In this document: positions 1-10,097 of the stretch, piece by piece
Position numbering within the stretch: the stretch's first letter is position 1
Layout: every line of letters begins with the position of its first letter
The notes under the pieces: model-generated
What the model was told of the DNA's origin: nothing
Database searches by the model: none
The model's input: the letters and a program-made list of their open reading frames with translations, nothing else
Translations under genes and position numbers: made by a program
NCBI GenBank assembly: GCA_028824125.1
Contig: JAPPES010000085.1
Location: forward strand, 79,281-143,280
DNA from: Candidatus Poribacteria bacterium
GTDB taxonomy: Bacteria > Poribacteria > WGA-4E > WGA-3G
Length of the DNA: 64,000 bases
Direction: 5' to 3'

Positions 1-67
1 AAAATAATTAAGTCGTATTCAAAACATTAATTATGTGAACAATCAAAATACAATGAGGAGTTAAATC

Positions 68-961
68 GTGTTAAAAAAAACTGTTTCTGTTGTCACATTG
101 ATGATCCTATTTAGTTTAAGTGTAACGTTACTCGCTAACGAATGGGCGACCTACTATTTTCCAGGCAAAGTTGGCAGTTCCTGGGTTTATGAAGATCAAG
201 ATGGCAACGAATTAACGCGCTATGCTGTTGAAGAAAAAAATGTTGAAGGCAATACGTTTCGCGCCTTTGAGTATGAACCTGAGATAGATGATTGGGAAAA
301 ATATATGTATGCTGTGCAACCCTTTTTGTATCAAGTCGGTGATGAATGGGTTGCTTTCTACGTTGGAGATGATATAGAAAACGCGACCGAGTCAATCCTG
401 AGTAAAAAACTTGACGAAACCCTTGCGATCATCCGTCAACAAACCGCAGGGCAACTCCCTCCCGGTGTCACGATTGATTTCGACTATACTATTGACCCCA
501 AAGCACAAGATTATTTTTACCTATTTCCAACACCTGTTGCATATAATGAAGAGTGGGTCGCTATGGAGTTAGATGTAAAAGTAGGGATGACCATGGACAT
601 TCAAGGAGCACCCGTTGAAATTCCTGCAGCACTTAAAACCGTTTCATCTACGACTAATGTTGTCGAAACAGGTAACGTTGTTGGAAAGGAAACTGTTGAA
701 ACTGAAGCAGGTACATTTGAAGAGTGTTTAAAAATTGAATATAGAACCAAAACAACTGTAGACACCGAACTCCCTCCCGAATACAAGCAGCTCCTTCCAG
801 AACAACAAACAAATGAATCTGTTTCAACCTTGTGGTTAGCCCCTAATGTCGGAATTGTCAAATTCAAGAGTGAACAGGAGAATTCAGATGAGGTGAAAAC
901 GCTTGAATTAAAAAGTTACGAAATCCAATCTGATGGATCCGAAAACGGAGAAAGTAAATAA
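68..961 (+). CDS. Secreted protein, member 1 of a tandem paralog family of unknown function. It has a signal peptide and one ~280-aa module.
   Basis: The ORF has an N-terminal hydrophobic signal peptide and is preceded by an AGGAG RBS before a GTG start. It shares the motifs [44 protein letters not shown] and LELKSYEI with the next four genes. Confidence 0.75.
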   Translation: MLKKTVSVVTLMILFSLSVTLLANEWATYYFPGKVGSSWVYEDQDGNELTRYAVEEKNVEGNTFRAFEYEPEIDDWEKYMYAVQPFLYQVGDEWVAFYVGDDIENATESILSKKLDETLAIIRQQTAGQLPPGVTIDFDYTIDPKAQDYFYLFPTPVAYNEEWVAMELDVKVGMTMDIQGAPVEIPAALKTVSSTTNVVETGNVVGKETVETEAGTFEECLKIEYRTKTTVDTELPPEYKQLLPEQQTNESVSTLWLAPNVGIVKFKSEQENSDEVKTLELKSYEIQSDGSENGESK

Positions 962-1021
962 TCTGTAGGACTTGCTTGGACTGCTGTCAGATTGATGATT
1001 CTTTATAAGGTGACATTCCGC

Positions 1022-1987
1022 ATGTTGAAAAAACTGTGTCCTTTCTTGATATTTTTCCTAACTTTTTATTTCAGTACGACTCTAATAGGAAACGAATCCA
1101 CGCAAAAGTATTTTCCAAGTACGCTTGATAGTTTTTGGGTTTATGAAGACCAAGGTGGGAACGAGTTAACACGTCGTGTGATTGAAGGAGAAGAAATTGC
1201 GGGGAAGACATATTACGGTTTCAGTTACGAACCTGTGTCAAAAGATTGGATAGATTTTAACCGTTACATGCATCTTTCTCTGTTTAATATTGGGGAGGAG
1301 TGGATAACGTTTCTTGTCGAAGAAGAAATAAAAAAAGCCGTCAAGGCACGCTTAACCAAAGAGATGGAAATTTTCTCTAAATTGGCAAAGAGTTCTTTAG
1401 AAAACAACACCCCACCCGAACTCAACCTTACTGTTGAGTTCAACTATCATGTGGAAGTAGAAGCAAAAGACGAATTCAATTTACTCCCGATCCAAGCAAC
1501 TCCGGATGAAGAATGGGACACATCACAAATTAATGCCAAAATCACCATGAAGTTCGACATACAAGGATTGCCAGACTTTCAGGGTGCTGCAGAAATGCCT
1601 GAAATCACACTTGATTTTACTATCGTTGAAACGGGAAAAATCCTTAACACAGAAACTGTTGAAGTGGCCGCTGGAACGTTTAAAGATTGTTTGAAAATCG
1701 AGTATAAAACGAAAACAGAAATGATAGCATCCCATCCATCAGGAACAAAAGATTTACCAGGTGAATCGATTAACACATTATGGTTAGCACCCAATGTTGG
1801 AATTGTCAAATTTCACCAACAATCTGATAAGATTTTTCTCAATATGATGTCAGATAGAGATGCCGTTGATGCGACAATGTCTGATGAAGAAGCTGCAGAG
1901 ATTACTGCTCCTTCAGTCAAGACTTATGAATTAAAGAGATACGAAATAGTGTCTGAAGTTTTACCAAACGATGACAACAAAGAATAG
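1022..1987 (+). CDS. Secreted protein, paralog family member 2. The start was moved from the ORF-track 992 to the internal Met of MLKKLCPF.
   Basis: The protein has a signal peptide and the motifs [46 protein letters not shown] and YELKRYEI. The other paralogs all begin MLKK/MLKR, which supports the later start. Confidence 0.75.
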   Translation: MLKKLCPFLIFFLTFYFSTTLIGNESTQKYFPSTLDSFWVYEDQGGNELTRRVIEGEEIAGKTYYGFSYEPVSKDWIDFNRYMHLSLFNIGEEWITFLVEEEIKKAVKARLTKEMEIFSKLAKSSLENNTPPELNLTVEFNYHVEVEAKDEFNLLPIQATPDEEWDTSQINAKITMKFDIQGLPDFQGAAEMPEITLDFTIVETGKILNTETVEVAAGTFKDCLKIEYKTKTEMIASHPSGTKDLPGESINTLWLAPNVGIVKFHQQSDKIFLNMMSDRDAVDATMSDEEAAEITAPSVKTYELKRYEIVSEVLPNDDNKE

Positions 1988-2035
1988 ATAATTTTCAGAA
2001 TTATACCAACGAGAAAACAGATATGGAGGGTTCTC

Positions 2036-2968
2036 ATGTTAAAAAGATTTTGTCCGGTATTGATATTACTTTTAGTCTTTGGTTTTAGCACAACCTTGTT
2101 AGGGAACGAGTCAGTGCAAAAATATTTTCCTGGCACTTTAGATAGTTTTTGGGTTTATGAAGACCAGGATGGAAATGAGTTAACACGTTATTCAATTGAA
2201 GGCGAAGAGATTGCCGGTGAAACGTATCTTTCTTTTAGTTATGACCCTGAGTTAGAAGATTGGGCGAATTATAGTTGTTTTATTCATCCGGGGCTATATA
2301 GTGTGAATGATGAAGGGATCACACTTGTTGTTGACAAAGCGGTAGAGAATGCCGTTGAAGCGCGTCTTAAAAAGGAAATGGATATGTTCGTAGAAATTTT
2401 AAAACAAGAAGTTTTTAGCCAAGCACCGCCAGGTGTAGAAATACCCGCCTTTAATTTAGATGTTGATGTTGAGGCACAAGGGCAAGAAAATTTTTTGCTG
2501 CTACCTGAAAATGTTGTGGCGGATGAAGAATGGGACGCAAACCAAGTCAAAGTCAAGGCTAAGATGACCATGGAAGGGCCAGGCGTTGTTACGAGTGATG
2601 AACCGTTGGGGATGGATTTCACGATAATAGAAACAGGAATTGTGCTTGGCACAGAAACAGTTGAAACGATTGCTGGCACGTTTAAAGACTGTTTGAAAGT
2701 TGAATATCGGACAGAAACAACCGTAGTATTGACCCCAACGCCTTCACCTGATGAAGTAGCACCTCCAGGAGAAACCGTAACGACAGTTTGGTTTGCACCT
2801 AACGTTGGAATCATAAAATTACATCAAAAATCGGGATACATGTTCTTAGATATGATACCAGATGATGCTGATTTTCCTGTAGCTCCGCCTCCTCCTACTG
2901 AGAGAACACTGGAATTAAAAAGATATGAAATCAAAACCGCTGAATCGGAAAGTGATACTGAGAATTAA
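2036..2968 (+). CDS. Secreted protein, paralog family member 3.
   Basis: A GGAGGG RBS precedes the start. The protein has a signal peptide and the motifs [46 protein letters not shown] and LELKRYEIK. Confidence 0.75.
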   Translation: MLKRFCPVLILLLVFGFSTTLLGNESVQKYFPGTLDSFWVYEDQDGNELTRYSIEGEEIAGETYLSFSYDPELEDWANYSCFIHPGLYSVNDEGITLVVDKAVENAVEARLKKEMDMFVEILKQEVFSQAPPGVEIPAFNLDVDVEAQGQENFLLLPENVVADEEWDANQVKVKAKMTMEGPGVVTSDEPLGMDFTIIETGIVLGTETVETIAGTFKDCLKVEYRTETTVVLTPTPSPDEVAPPGETVTTVWFAPNVGIIKLHQKSGYMFLDMIPDDADFPVAPPPPTERTLELKRYEIKTAESESDTEN

Positions 2969-3015
2969 TATACAAGAAGTCAGACATCACCTTCAACTGA
3001 ATTGGAGAAAATATC

Positions 3016-5634
3016 ATGTTAAAAAGACTGAACATCATTTTAATACTTTTATTCGCCTTTAGCTTTAGTGGGACACTGCTGGCAGATGAATCTGCAAATA
3101 AATATTTTCCATCAACGCTTGGAAGTTTCTGGGTTTATGAAGACCAAGATGGTAACGAGTTGACGCGTCATGCGATTGAAGGTGAAGAAATTGCTGGTAA
3201 GACTTTTCCTGCGTTCAATTATGAACCGGAGTTAGAGGACTGGGCAGAATATAGTCCTTTTATTCGTCCGTCTCTATATCAAGTTAGTGATGCAGGAGTC
3301 ACATTGTTTGTAAGAGAAGAGGTCGAAAAGGCAGTCAAAGCACGGCTTACCAAAGAAATAGAGACTGTAATTACAAAGTCTGAGGAAGAAGATCCTTCTT
3401 TTAAGCTTGACTACGATGTGGAAGTGGAAGTACCAAACATATTTTATATTCTGCCGGAGATTGTAACTAAGCAAAAAGAGTGGGAGGCAGTAAAAATAAA
3501 TGCCAAAATCACTACAGAATTTGGTGAAGCCAATTTCAATATTATTGAATCCGGAAAAATACTCGGCACACAATCTGTCAAAACATCTGTTGGCACGTTT
3601 AAAGACTGTTTGAAAGTTGAATACCGCACTGAAACAATCTTGCAAATATCTCCTCCAGACGAAGATGTCGGGTCCCCTGGCGAGTCGATAACAACACTTT
3701 GGTTAGCACCTAACGTGGGGGTTGTCAAGGTCCATCAAAAAGTCGAAGATATGCTTTTAAAAGCTATGCTTGACCTTAAGCTACCATCTGCAGCCACCGT
3801 TAGGACACTTGAATTAACAAAATACGAAATCAAATCAGCTGATACTAAAAGCAGCGAAAACAATTCTATTTCTGTTGTAAAATCTACAGAAGAAAAAGTT
3901 GAAACTGAAAAAGCAAAGTCGTTATCAAACGACACACAGCGTATAAATTATCTTCCCAGTCCGTTGGGAAGTTTTTGGGTGTATGAAGACCAAGATGGTA
4001 ATGAATTGACACGCCGCGCAGTTGAAGGCGAGGAAATAGTGGGTAAGGCATACCAATCCTTTAGTTATGAACCTGAATTAAAAAAATGGATGGATTATAG
4101 TTTCTTTATTCGTCCGTCTCTATATCAAGTTAGTGATGCAGGAGTCACATTGTTTGTAAGAGAAGAGGTCGAAAAAGCAGCCAAAGCACGGTTAAGTAAG
4201 GAAATGGAGTTATTGAGAGGAATAATAGAATTAGATGATCCAGATGCAGCAAACTTCACCTTCATAATTGAAGCAGAAGCACAAGACCAGGTCCATCTAC
4301 TACTCACCCCTGTAATCCCCTACGAAGAATGGGACGTAAATCAAATAAAAGCCAGTCTTAAATTGCAATTTGAAGGTGACCAACCGTCAATAGATTACAC
4401 CATTATAGAAACGGGAATTGTCACCGGAACTGAAGATGTTGAAACAGCTGCAGGTGTATTTGAAGATTGTCTAAAAGTTGAATACCACACAGAAACAACC
4501 GCAATTATCACCCCTGACCCTCGACCTGGCGAGAAAAAATCACCAGGAGAAACTATGACAACTGTATGGTATGCTCCCAACGTCGGAATCGTAAAATTAC
4601 ACCAAAAAAGAAAATACGCATTTTTTGATATGATTCCAGATGATGATAGTTTTCAAAAACCGCCTGATCCAAAACCGATAACGCTTGAATTAAAGAAATA
4701 TGAAATCAAGACAGTTGATCTTGAAAGTGCCAGGAAACAGTCTATTACGACACCCAAGCCACTAAAAGGTGATGCCGAAAAAGGAAAAACTAAAACAAGT
4801 AACGCACAATCCCCGAATTATTTTCCTGGCACATTAGATAGTTTTTGGGTTTATGAAGACCAAGATGGTAATGAATTAACACGCCGTGCTGTTGAAGGTG
4901 AGGAAATTGCTGGTAAAACTTATCCTGCATTCAGTTATGAACCGGAGTTGGAGGATTGGGCAGAATATAGTTGGTTTATTCGCCCTCCTTTGTATCAAGT
5001 GAGTAATGCTGGTATCACACTTGTTGTTAGCGATGAGGTTGAAAAAGCAGTTAAAGCACGCCTTAAGAAAGAGGTAGGTATTCTCACTGACGCAATAAAA
5101 CGGGATGCTCCACTGGACGCAGGTATTGACGCTGATATTAAGGTACAGGGACAAAACCAGTTATTCCTCCTCCCCGACACTATTATTCTTTTCAATGAGG
5201 AGTGGGACGTTAACCAGATTGAAGCAAACGTCAAGATGAAATTTCTGGGTGGAGGTGTCCCAGAGGATCAACAATTGGTAATTGATTTCACGATTTTAGA
5301 AACAGCAATTATCTCTGGTACTGAAACTGTTGAAACACCCGCTGGAAAGTTTGAAAACTGCCTGAAAGTTGAATATCGTACAGAAACTACTGCAGCAATG
5401 ACGCCTGCCCCACCACCCGATGAAGTAGAACCGCCAGGAGAAACCGTAACGACTGTGTGGTATGCTCCAAATGTCGGAATTGTCCAATTTCGTCAGGAAA
5501 CGAATTACATTTTTTTAGAAATGATTCCAGACGATGAAGATCTTCCTGTGCCACCTGGACCTAAAACGAAAACGTTTGAATTAAAGAAATATGAAATCAA
5601 ATCTGAAGAACCAGAAAATGAAGAAAGCAATTAA
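3016..5634 (+). CDS. Secreted protein, paralog family member 4. It is an in-frame fusion of three complete modules under a single signal peptide.
   Basis: The 872-aa product repeats the full module three times, with [14 protein letters not shown] at aa ~35, ~325 and ~610. Each module ends with a (T)LELxKYEIK motif. Low-complexity linkers separate the modules. Confidence 0.75.
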   Translation: MLKRLNIILILLFAFSFSGTLLADESANKYFPSTLGSFWVYEDQDGNELTRHAIEGEEIAGKTFPAFNYEPELEDWAEYSPFIRPSLYQVSDAGVTLFVREEVEKAVKARLTKEIETVITKSEEEDPSFKLDYDVEVEVPNIFYILPEIVTKQKEWEAVKINAKITTEFGEANFNIIESGKILGTQSVKTSVGTFKDCLKVEYRTETILQISPPDEDVGSPGESITTLWLAPNVGVVKVHQKVEDMLLKAMLDLKLPSAATVRTLELTKYEIKSADTKSSENNSISVVKSTEEKVETEKAKSLSNDTQRINYLPSPLGSFWVYEDQDGNELTRRAVEGEEIVGKAYQSFSYEPELKKWMDYSFFIRPSLYQVSDAGVTLFVREEVEKAAKARLSKEMELLRGIIELDDPDAANFTFIIEAEAQDQVHLLLTPVIPYEEWDVNQIKASLKLQFEGDQPSIDYTIIETGIVTGTEDVETAAGVFEDCLKVEYHTETTAIITPDPRPGEKKSPGETMTTVWYAPNVGIVKLHQKRKYAFFDMIPDDDSFQKPPDPKPITLELKKYEIKTVDLESARKQSITTPKPLKGDAEKGKTKTSNAQSPNYFPGTLDSFWVYEDQDGNELTRRAVEGEEIAGKTYPAFSYEPELEDWAEYSWFIRPPLYQVSNAGITLVVSDEVEKAVKARLKKEVGILTDAIKRDAPLDAGIDADIKVQGQNQLFLLPDTIILFNEEWDVNQIEANVKMKFLGGGVPEDQQLVIDFTILETAIISGTETVETPAGKFENCLKVEYRTETTAAMTPAPPPDEVEPPGETVTTVWYAPNVGIVQFRQETNYIFLEMIPDDEDLPVPPGPKTKTFELKKYEIKSEEPENEESN

Positions 5635-5696
5635 TGGTGTCAGACACATCATTTTTCCTTAAACTCAATCTATAATTGTCAATTAAAGGAGTTATT

Positions 5697-6587
5697 ATGT
5701 TAAAAAAAGTTTGTGCTGTCCTGATATTTTTGTTCGTCTGTAGTTTTAGTGCAACCCTACTGGGAAATGAGACAGCGAAAAAGTATTTTCCCAGCACACT
5801 TGGAAGTTTTTGGGTATACGAAGATCAAGATGGCAATGAGTTGACGCGTAAGGCGGTTCAAGGTGAAGAGATTGCAGGTGAAATGTATCATGCTTTTGAA
5901 TATGAACCGGCATTTGAAGAAAATTGGGAGAAGTATGAGTATTACGTCCATCCCACGCTTTTTAAGGTAGAGGACACAGGAATTAAGTTCTTGATTGGTG
6001 ATGAGGTTAAGAAGGCTTACAAGGAGCGGCTTACTAAAGAGGTAGAGGCTACTGTCCAACGTCCAGTCGGACAGTCAGTTTCTACTTCTAACTACGATGT
6101 AAAGGTAGAAGTAGAAGTACAAGACAATTTCTTCTTGCTTCCTATACCTTTCGCCCTCAACGAAGAATGGAATTCAATCTGGATAAAACCTAAGGTTAAA
6201 ATAACACTGAGTTTTGGAAACTCTGGTGTTGAGGCAGAATTGGCTGGAATGTCGCGGGTAAGTAACTTCTATTTTACAATTATAGAAAAAGGTATTATCA
6301 CTGCCAAAGAAACCGTTGAGACACCTGCTGGCACATTCAAAGACTGTTTGAAAATTGAATACCGGACAGAAACTGTGATGCCAACATTCGCAGGACAAGG
6401 CGCTCCTACAGCTGGTGAATCTGTTTCAACATTGTGGTTAGCTCCCAACGTCGGGATTGTGAAATTTCACCAAGATGCTGAAAGACCTATTGTCAGCGAT
6501 TTCAACGATCCTCATACCCTAACACAAGTGAAAACACTTGAGTTGAAGAAGTATGAAATTAAAACAGATGCAGCGAGGACTGAATGA
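5697..6587 (+). CDS. Secreted protein, paralog family member 5. The start was moved from the TTG at 5676 to the ATG of MLKKVCAV. Its stop overlaps the hemB start.
   Basis: An AAAGGAG RBS lies 6 nt upstream of the ATG. The protein has a signal peptide and the family motifs. Its TGA stop lies inside an ATGA shared with hemB. Confidence 0.7.
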   Translation: MLKKVCAVLIFLFVCSFSATLLGNETAKKYFPSTLGSFWVYEDQDGNELTRKAVQGEEIAGEMYHAFEYEPAFEENWEKYEYYVHPTLFKVEDTGIKFLIGDEVKKAYKERLTKEVEATVQRPVGQSVSTSNYDVKVEVEVQDNFFLLPIPFALNEEWNSIWIKPKVKITLSFGNSGVEAELAGMSRVSNFYFTIIEKGIITAKETVETPAGTFKDCLKIEYRTETVMPTFAGQGAPTAGESVSTLWLAPNVGIVKFHQDAERPIVSDFNDPHTLTQVKTLELKKYEIKTDAARTE

Positions 6588-7561
6588 GCGTTTTTCCTAT
6601 TTATCGTCCAAGACGGTTACGCGCAAATGAAAACCTGCGTCGACTTGTCCGAGAAACGAGTCTGTCTGTAGACGATCTTATCTATCCGATGTTTGTTGTC
6701 CACGGAGATGACACGGCAATAGAAATTTCTTCTATGCCGGGATGTTACCAATATTCTATTGATCGGCTTGTTAAAGCTGCGAAGGATCTTGCATCGCTTG
6801 GAATTCCCGGGACGATCTTGTTCGGAATTCCTGAAACGAAAGATGCACTTGGATCGGAAGCTTATGCCGAAGATGGTATCATTCAGCAGGCGGTACGCGC
6901 CATTAAGGATGCTGTTCCTGACCTACTTGTGATTACAGATGTTTGTCTGTGTGAATATACCGATCACGGACATTGTGGTATCGTGGAAGGCGGAGATGTG
7001 CAGAATGATCCAACACTTGACTTGCTTGTTAAAGAGAGTGTATCGCACGCGCAGGCAGGGGCTGATGTCATTGCTCCATCGGATATGATGGATGGCCGTG
7101 TCGGCGCAATTCGTGATGCCTTAGACGAAGAAGGCTATGAAAATATACCTATAATGGCGTATTCGGCAAAATACGCTTCTGCTTTTTATGGTCCCTTTCG
7201 TGAAGCGGCGGAATCAGCACCGCAATTCGGGGACCGCCGTTCATATCAGATGGACCCAGCGAATGCCGAGGAAGCACTACGAGAAGTGGCACTGGATATT
7301 GAGGAAGGCGCAGACATTGTGATGGTGAAACCCGCACTCTCATATCTTGACGTTATCCATCAAGTGAAGACAGAATTTCAGATGCCTGTTGCAGCCTATA
7401 ACGTCAGTGGCGAATATGCTATGATAAAGGCAGCCGCACAGAATGAATGGATTGACGAAAAACGCGTAGCACTGGAGGTCTTAACAAGTATCAAACGTGC
7501 TGGTGCAGATATGATTTTGACCTACTTCGCAAAGTCGGTCGTCGAATGGCTTGAAAATTGA
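6584..7561 (+). CDS. hemB: Porphobilinogen synthase (delta-aminolevulinate dehydratase).
   Basis: The N-terminus is RPRRLR. A zinc-type Cys cluster [14 protein letters not shown] is present. The match to HemB family proteins runs the full length. Confidence 0.9.
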   Translation: MSVFPIYRPRRLRANENLRRLVRETSLSVDDLIYPMFVVHGDDTAIEISSMPGCYQYSIDRLVKAAKDLASLGIPGTILFGIPETKDALGSEAYAEDGIIQQAVRAIKDAVPDLLVITDVCLCEYTDHGHCGIVEGGDVQNDPTLDLLVKESVSHAQAGADVIAPSDMMDGRVGAIRDALDEEGYENIPIMAYSAKYASAFYGPFREAAESAPQFGDRRSYQMDPANAEEALREVALDIEEGADIVMVKPALSYLDVIHQVKTEFQMPVAAYNVSGEYAMIKAAAQNEWIDEKRVALEVLTSIKRAGADMILTYFAKSVVEWLEN

Positions 7562-7595
7562 GGTGCGGGTAATAGTAAAACCTATAATTAAGGGA

Positions 7596-7740
7596 CATTT
7601 CTGTAGCGTAAACTTCCAGTTTGCGTCAAATATGCACAAACTAACAGTTTGTGCTACAACTTCTATTGTCCGTTATGTCTCCAAAACAGGTTTATCAAAG
7701 TGTCCCAATAATTTCAAAGTTTACTATGAGTAGGTTCGAT
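7596..7740. repeat. MITE-like repeat, family A. Its terminal motif is TGTAGCACAAACTT-like. It carries an ~85-bp tail that is near-identical to 43985-44070.
   Basis: The sequence gtagcgtaaacttccagtttgcg...gtttgtgctacaac recurs at about 16655, 20650, 43840, 57690 and 60965. The ORF-track ORF 7551..7733 lies inside this element and is probably spurious. Confidence 0.6.
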
Positions 7741-7810
7741 AATAAAACCGTTCCTACCGTTGATGTATTTACATAATTTAGATTTTACAAATTAGAATTG
7801 GAGGAACGAA

Positions 7811-9094
7811 TTGGAGAGTAGCAAATCTTTATCAGCGTGGCAAAAATCACAACAATTTATCCCTGGCGGTGTCAACAGTCCCGTCCGTAATTTTAGCAAG
7901 GTTGGTGGACATCCCCGCTTTATTGATCGCGGTGAAGGGGCCAAGATTTACGACATAGACGGAAACGAGTATATCGATTATGTCGCTTCATGGGGACCAT
8001 TAGTTTTGGGGCATGCACATCCTGATGTGGTCGAAGCCGTCAGGACTGCAGCAGCGCGAGGCACAAGTTTCGGTGCTCCGACAGCATTAGAGACAGAACT
8101 TGCAAAAACTATCGTCAACGCAGTGTCTTCCATTGAACAGGTCCGACTTGTCAACTCAGGTACGGAAGCGACAATGAGCGCGATTCGTGTCGCACGCGGT
8201 TATACAGGACGCAATAAAATCATCAAGATAGATGGTTGCTATCACGGACATGTAGACTATCTATTGGCAAAAGCGGGTTCAGGCGTTGCAACTTTCGGTC
8301 TTTCGGATAGCGGTGGCGTGCCAGAGGATTTCGCACGGAATACACTCACTATCCCGTTTAACGATCCTGAGGCATTGACAACAACAATTGAGGCTAACAC
8401 GGACGAGATCGCCTGTCTCATACTGGAGCCTATTATGGGCAACATGGGGATTATCCCACCACGTGAGGGGTACCTCAATGAACTTCGTGAGATTACTGAA
8501 CAGCATGGGATCGTGCTTATCTTTGATGAGGTAATTACCGGTTTTAGGGTCGCTTATGGTGGCGCACAGTCATATTATAACGTTACACCAGATATGACAT
8601 GTTTAGGGAAGATAATCGGTGGTGGTTTGCCTGTCGGTGCTTACGGCGGAAAACGGGAGATTATGCAGTGTGTTGCCCCAGAAGGCGATGTGTATCAGGC
8701 AGGCACATTATCTGGTAATCCGTTGGCTGTCACTGCAGGTATAACGACTTTGAAAAAGCTGGCGGAACCAGGGGTTTATGAGCAACTTGAAAACCGCGCA
8801 TCTACTCTGGCAGACGGAATAGCAGAAGCAACCCAAAAACATGGAATTGATGCATGGCATAGCCGCGTCGGTTCAATGCTGATGCTATATTTTACAGCAG
8901 AGACTGTTACTGATGCAGATGGTGCACGAACAGCCGATATAGAACGTTATCGTCAGTACTTTTGGGGACTCCTTGAACGTGGTGTTTATGTCGCCCCTTC
9001 CCAATTTGAAGCCGGATTTGTATCCTTAGCGCATTCCGAAGAGGATATCAATATGACCGTTCAAGCTGCAACTGAGGTAATCGCAAATCTGTAA
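7811..9094 (+). CDS. hemL: Glutamate-1-semialdehyde 2,1-aminomutase.
   Basis: The N-terminus reads GGVNSPVR, followed by a class-III aminotransferase fold. The similarity to HemL is full length. Confidence 0.9.
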   Translation: MESSKSLSAWQKSQQFIPGGVNSPVRNFSKVGGHPRFIDRGEGAKIYDIDGNEYIDYVASWGPLVLGHAHPDVVEAVRTAAARGTSFGAPTALETELAKTIVNAVSSIEQVRLVNSGTEATMSAIRVARGYTGRNKIIKIDGCYHGHVDYLLAKAGSGVATFGLSDSGGVPEDFARNTLTIPFNDPEALTTTIEANTDEIACLILEPIMGNMGIIPPREGYLNELREITEQHGIVLIFDEVITGFRVAYGGAQSYYNVTPDMTCLGKIIGGGLPVGAYGGKREIMQCVAPEGDVYQAGTLSGNPLAVTAGITTLKKLAEPGVYEQLENRASTLADGIAEATQKHGIDAWHSRVGSMLMLYFTAETVTDADGARTADIERYRQYFWGLLERGVYVAPSQFEAGFVSLAHSEEDINMTVQAATEVIANL

Positions 9095-9112
9095 CAGTAG
9101 TAAAGGAATTGA

Positions 9113-10093
9113 ATGTCAAGTTTTGATCAGATTGTAAATTTAATTGCTGACGATCTTAGTGCTGTAGAGGCGAAACTGACTGAAAATACAGCGAGCGAAT
9201 ATAGTTTTGTAGATATGGCGGTTCAGCATGTTGTAGAAGGAGGCGGTAAACGCTTACGTCCTATCCTTGTTGTGCTATCTGCAAAAGCGCGTGGATACGA
9301 AGGTGCGGATGCACACACACTCGCAGCAGTTGTTGAACTCATCCATGTTGCATCCCTTGTGCATGATGATGTGCTTGATGAAGCTGCAATCCGCCGTGGA
9401 CGTGAAACATTACAGACAAAATGGGGCAATAAGGTGGCAGTACTTGTTGGGGATTACTTGCATGCCCGCGTTCTTTCAATGCTCGTTTCCCGCCGCGCAG
9501 ATGACCCCGCAATGGCGATCCTTGCCGATACCACGCAGGCAATGTGTGAGGGGGAAGTCATCCATGCCTATAAAAGTGGAGATTTTGATATATCAGAAGA
9601 GGAATACCTAAAGATAATTAGTTTTAAGACCGGTAAGTTGATTGCCGCCTCTTGCACGCTCGGTGCGATCCTCGGACCTCATGACACTCAGCAGATTGAG
9701 GCATTCACAACCTACGGCAAACAAATTGGAACTGCATTCCAAATTGTAGATGATCTGCTTGATTTCGTGGAAGACCCAGAAAAATTAGGAAAAAATGCTT
9801 TTGGTGATCTTCGTGAAGGGAAACTTACTTTTCCTATTATACATACCCGAAAAGTGTGTGATGATAATGAGAAACAAACGCTTGAAAAAGTGCTAAATCC
9901 TGACACCGATGAAACCGAAGCTATTACCTTTGTTGAATCTTTATTCCAAAAATATGGTGTGGAAATTCACTGTTTGGAAATTGCACAGAGTTATGCCGAC
10001 CGTGCTAAAACTGCGTTAACAAATATACCACAATCGGATGCGCGTACAGCCTTGCAAAACCTTGCGGATTACGTCGTTTCACGGGATTCATAG
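9113..10093 (+). CDS. Long-chain trans-polyprenyl diphosphate synthase (IspB/HepT-like).
   Basis: Two aspartate-rich motifs are present: LVHDDVLDEAAIRRG and FQIVDDLLDF. A KTGKL motif is also present. Confidence 0.8.
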   Translation: MSSFDQIVNLIADDLSAVEAKLTENTASEYSFVDMAVQHVVEGGGKRLRPILVVLSAKARGYEGADAHTLAAVVELIHVASLVHDDVLDEAAIRRGRETLQTKWGNKVAVLVGDYLHARVLSMLVSRRADDPAMAILADTTQAMCEGEVIHAYKSGDFDISEEEYLKIISFKTGKLIAASCTLGAILGPHDTQQIEAFTTYGKQIGTAFQIVDDLLDFVEDPEKLGKNAFGDLREGKLTFPIIHTRKVCDDNEKQTLEKVLNPDTDETEAITFVESLFQKYGVEIHCLEIAQSYADRAKTALTNIPQSDARTALQNLADYVVSRDS

Positions 10094-10097
10094 TAAA

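Noticed and set aside
135-5797. Many antisense or alternative-frame ORFs of 60-176 aa inside the paralog array and elsewhere, for example 135..395, 601..867, 2284..2814 and 3444..3728.
   Set aside because: They are shadow ORFs that fully overlap confidently homologous genes on the opposite strand. Several merely mirror the duplicated DNA, such as 18545..18742 and 19980..20177, which share the same C-terminal tail.
7551-7733. ORF-track CDS of 60 aa. Similar small ORFs occur at 38194..38376 and 39822..40049.
   Set aside because: These ORFs lie entirely within MITE or repeat elements. The translated sequence simply reflects the repeat consensus, for example MHTPH from the D motif and HFVQL twice from the tandem hairpin.
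10038-10097. An upstream extension of the sirC-like ORF would overlap the polyprenyl synthase gene.
   Set aside because: The extension overlaps the preceding gene by 56 nt in another frame. The ATG at 10098 lies immediately after the upstream stop and begins the recognisable protein.
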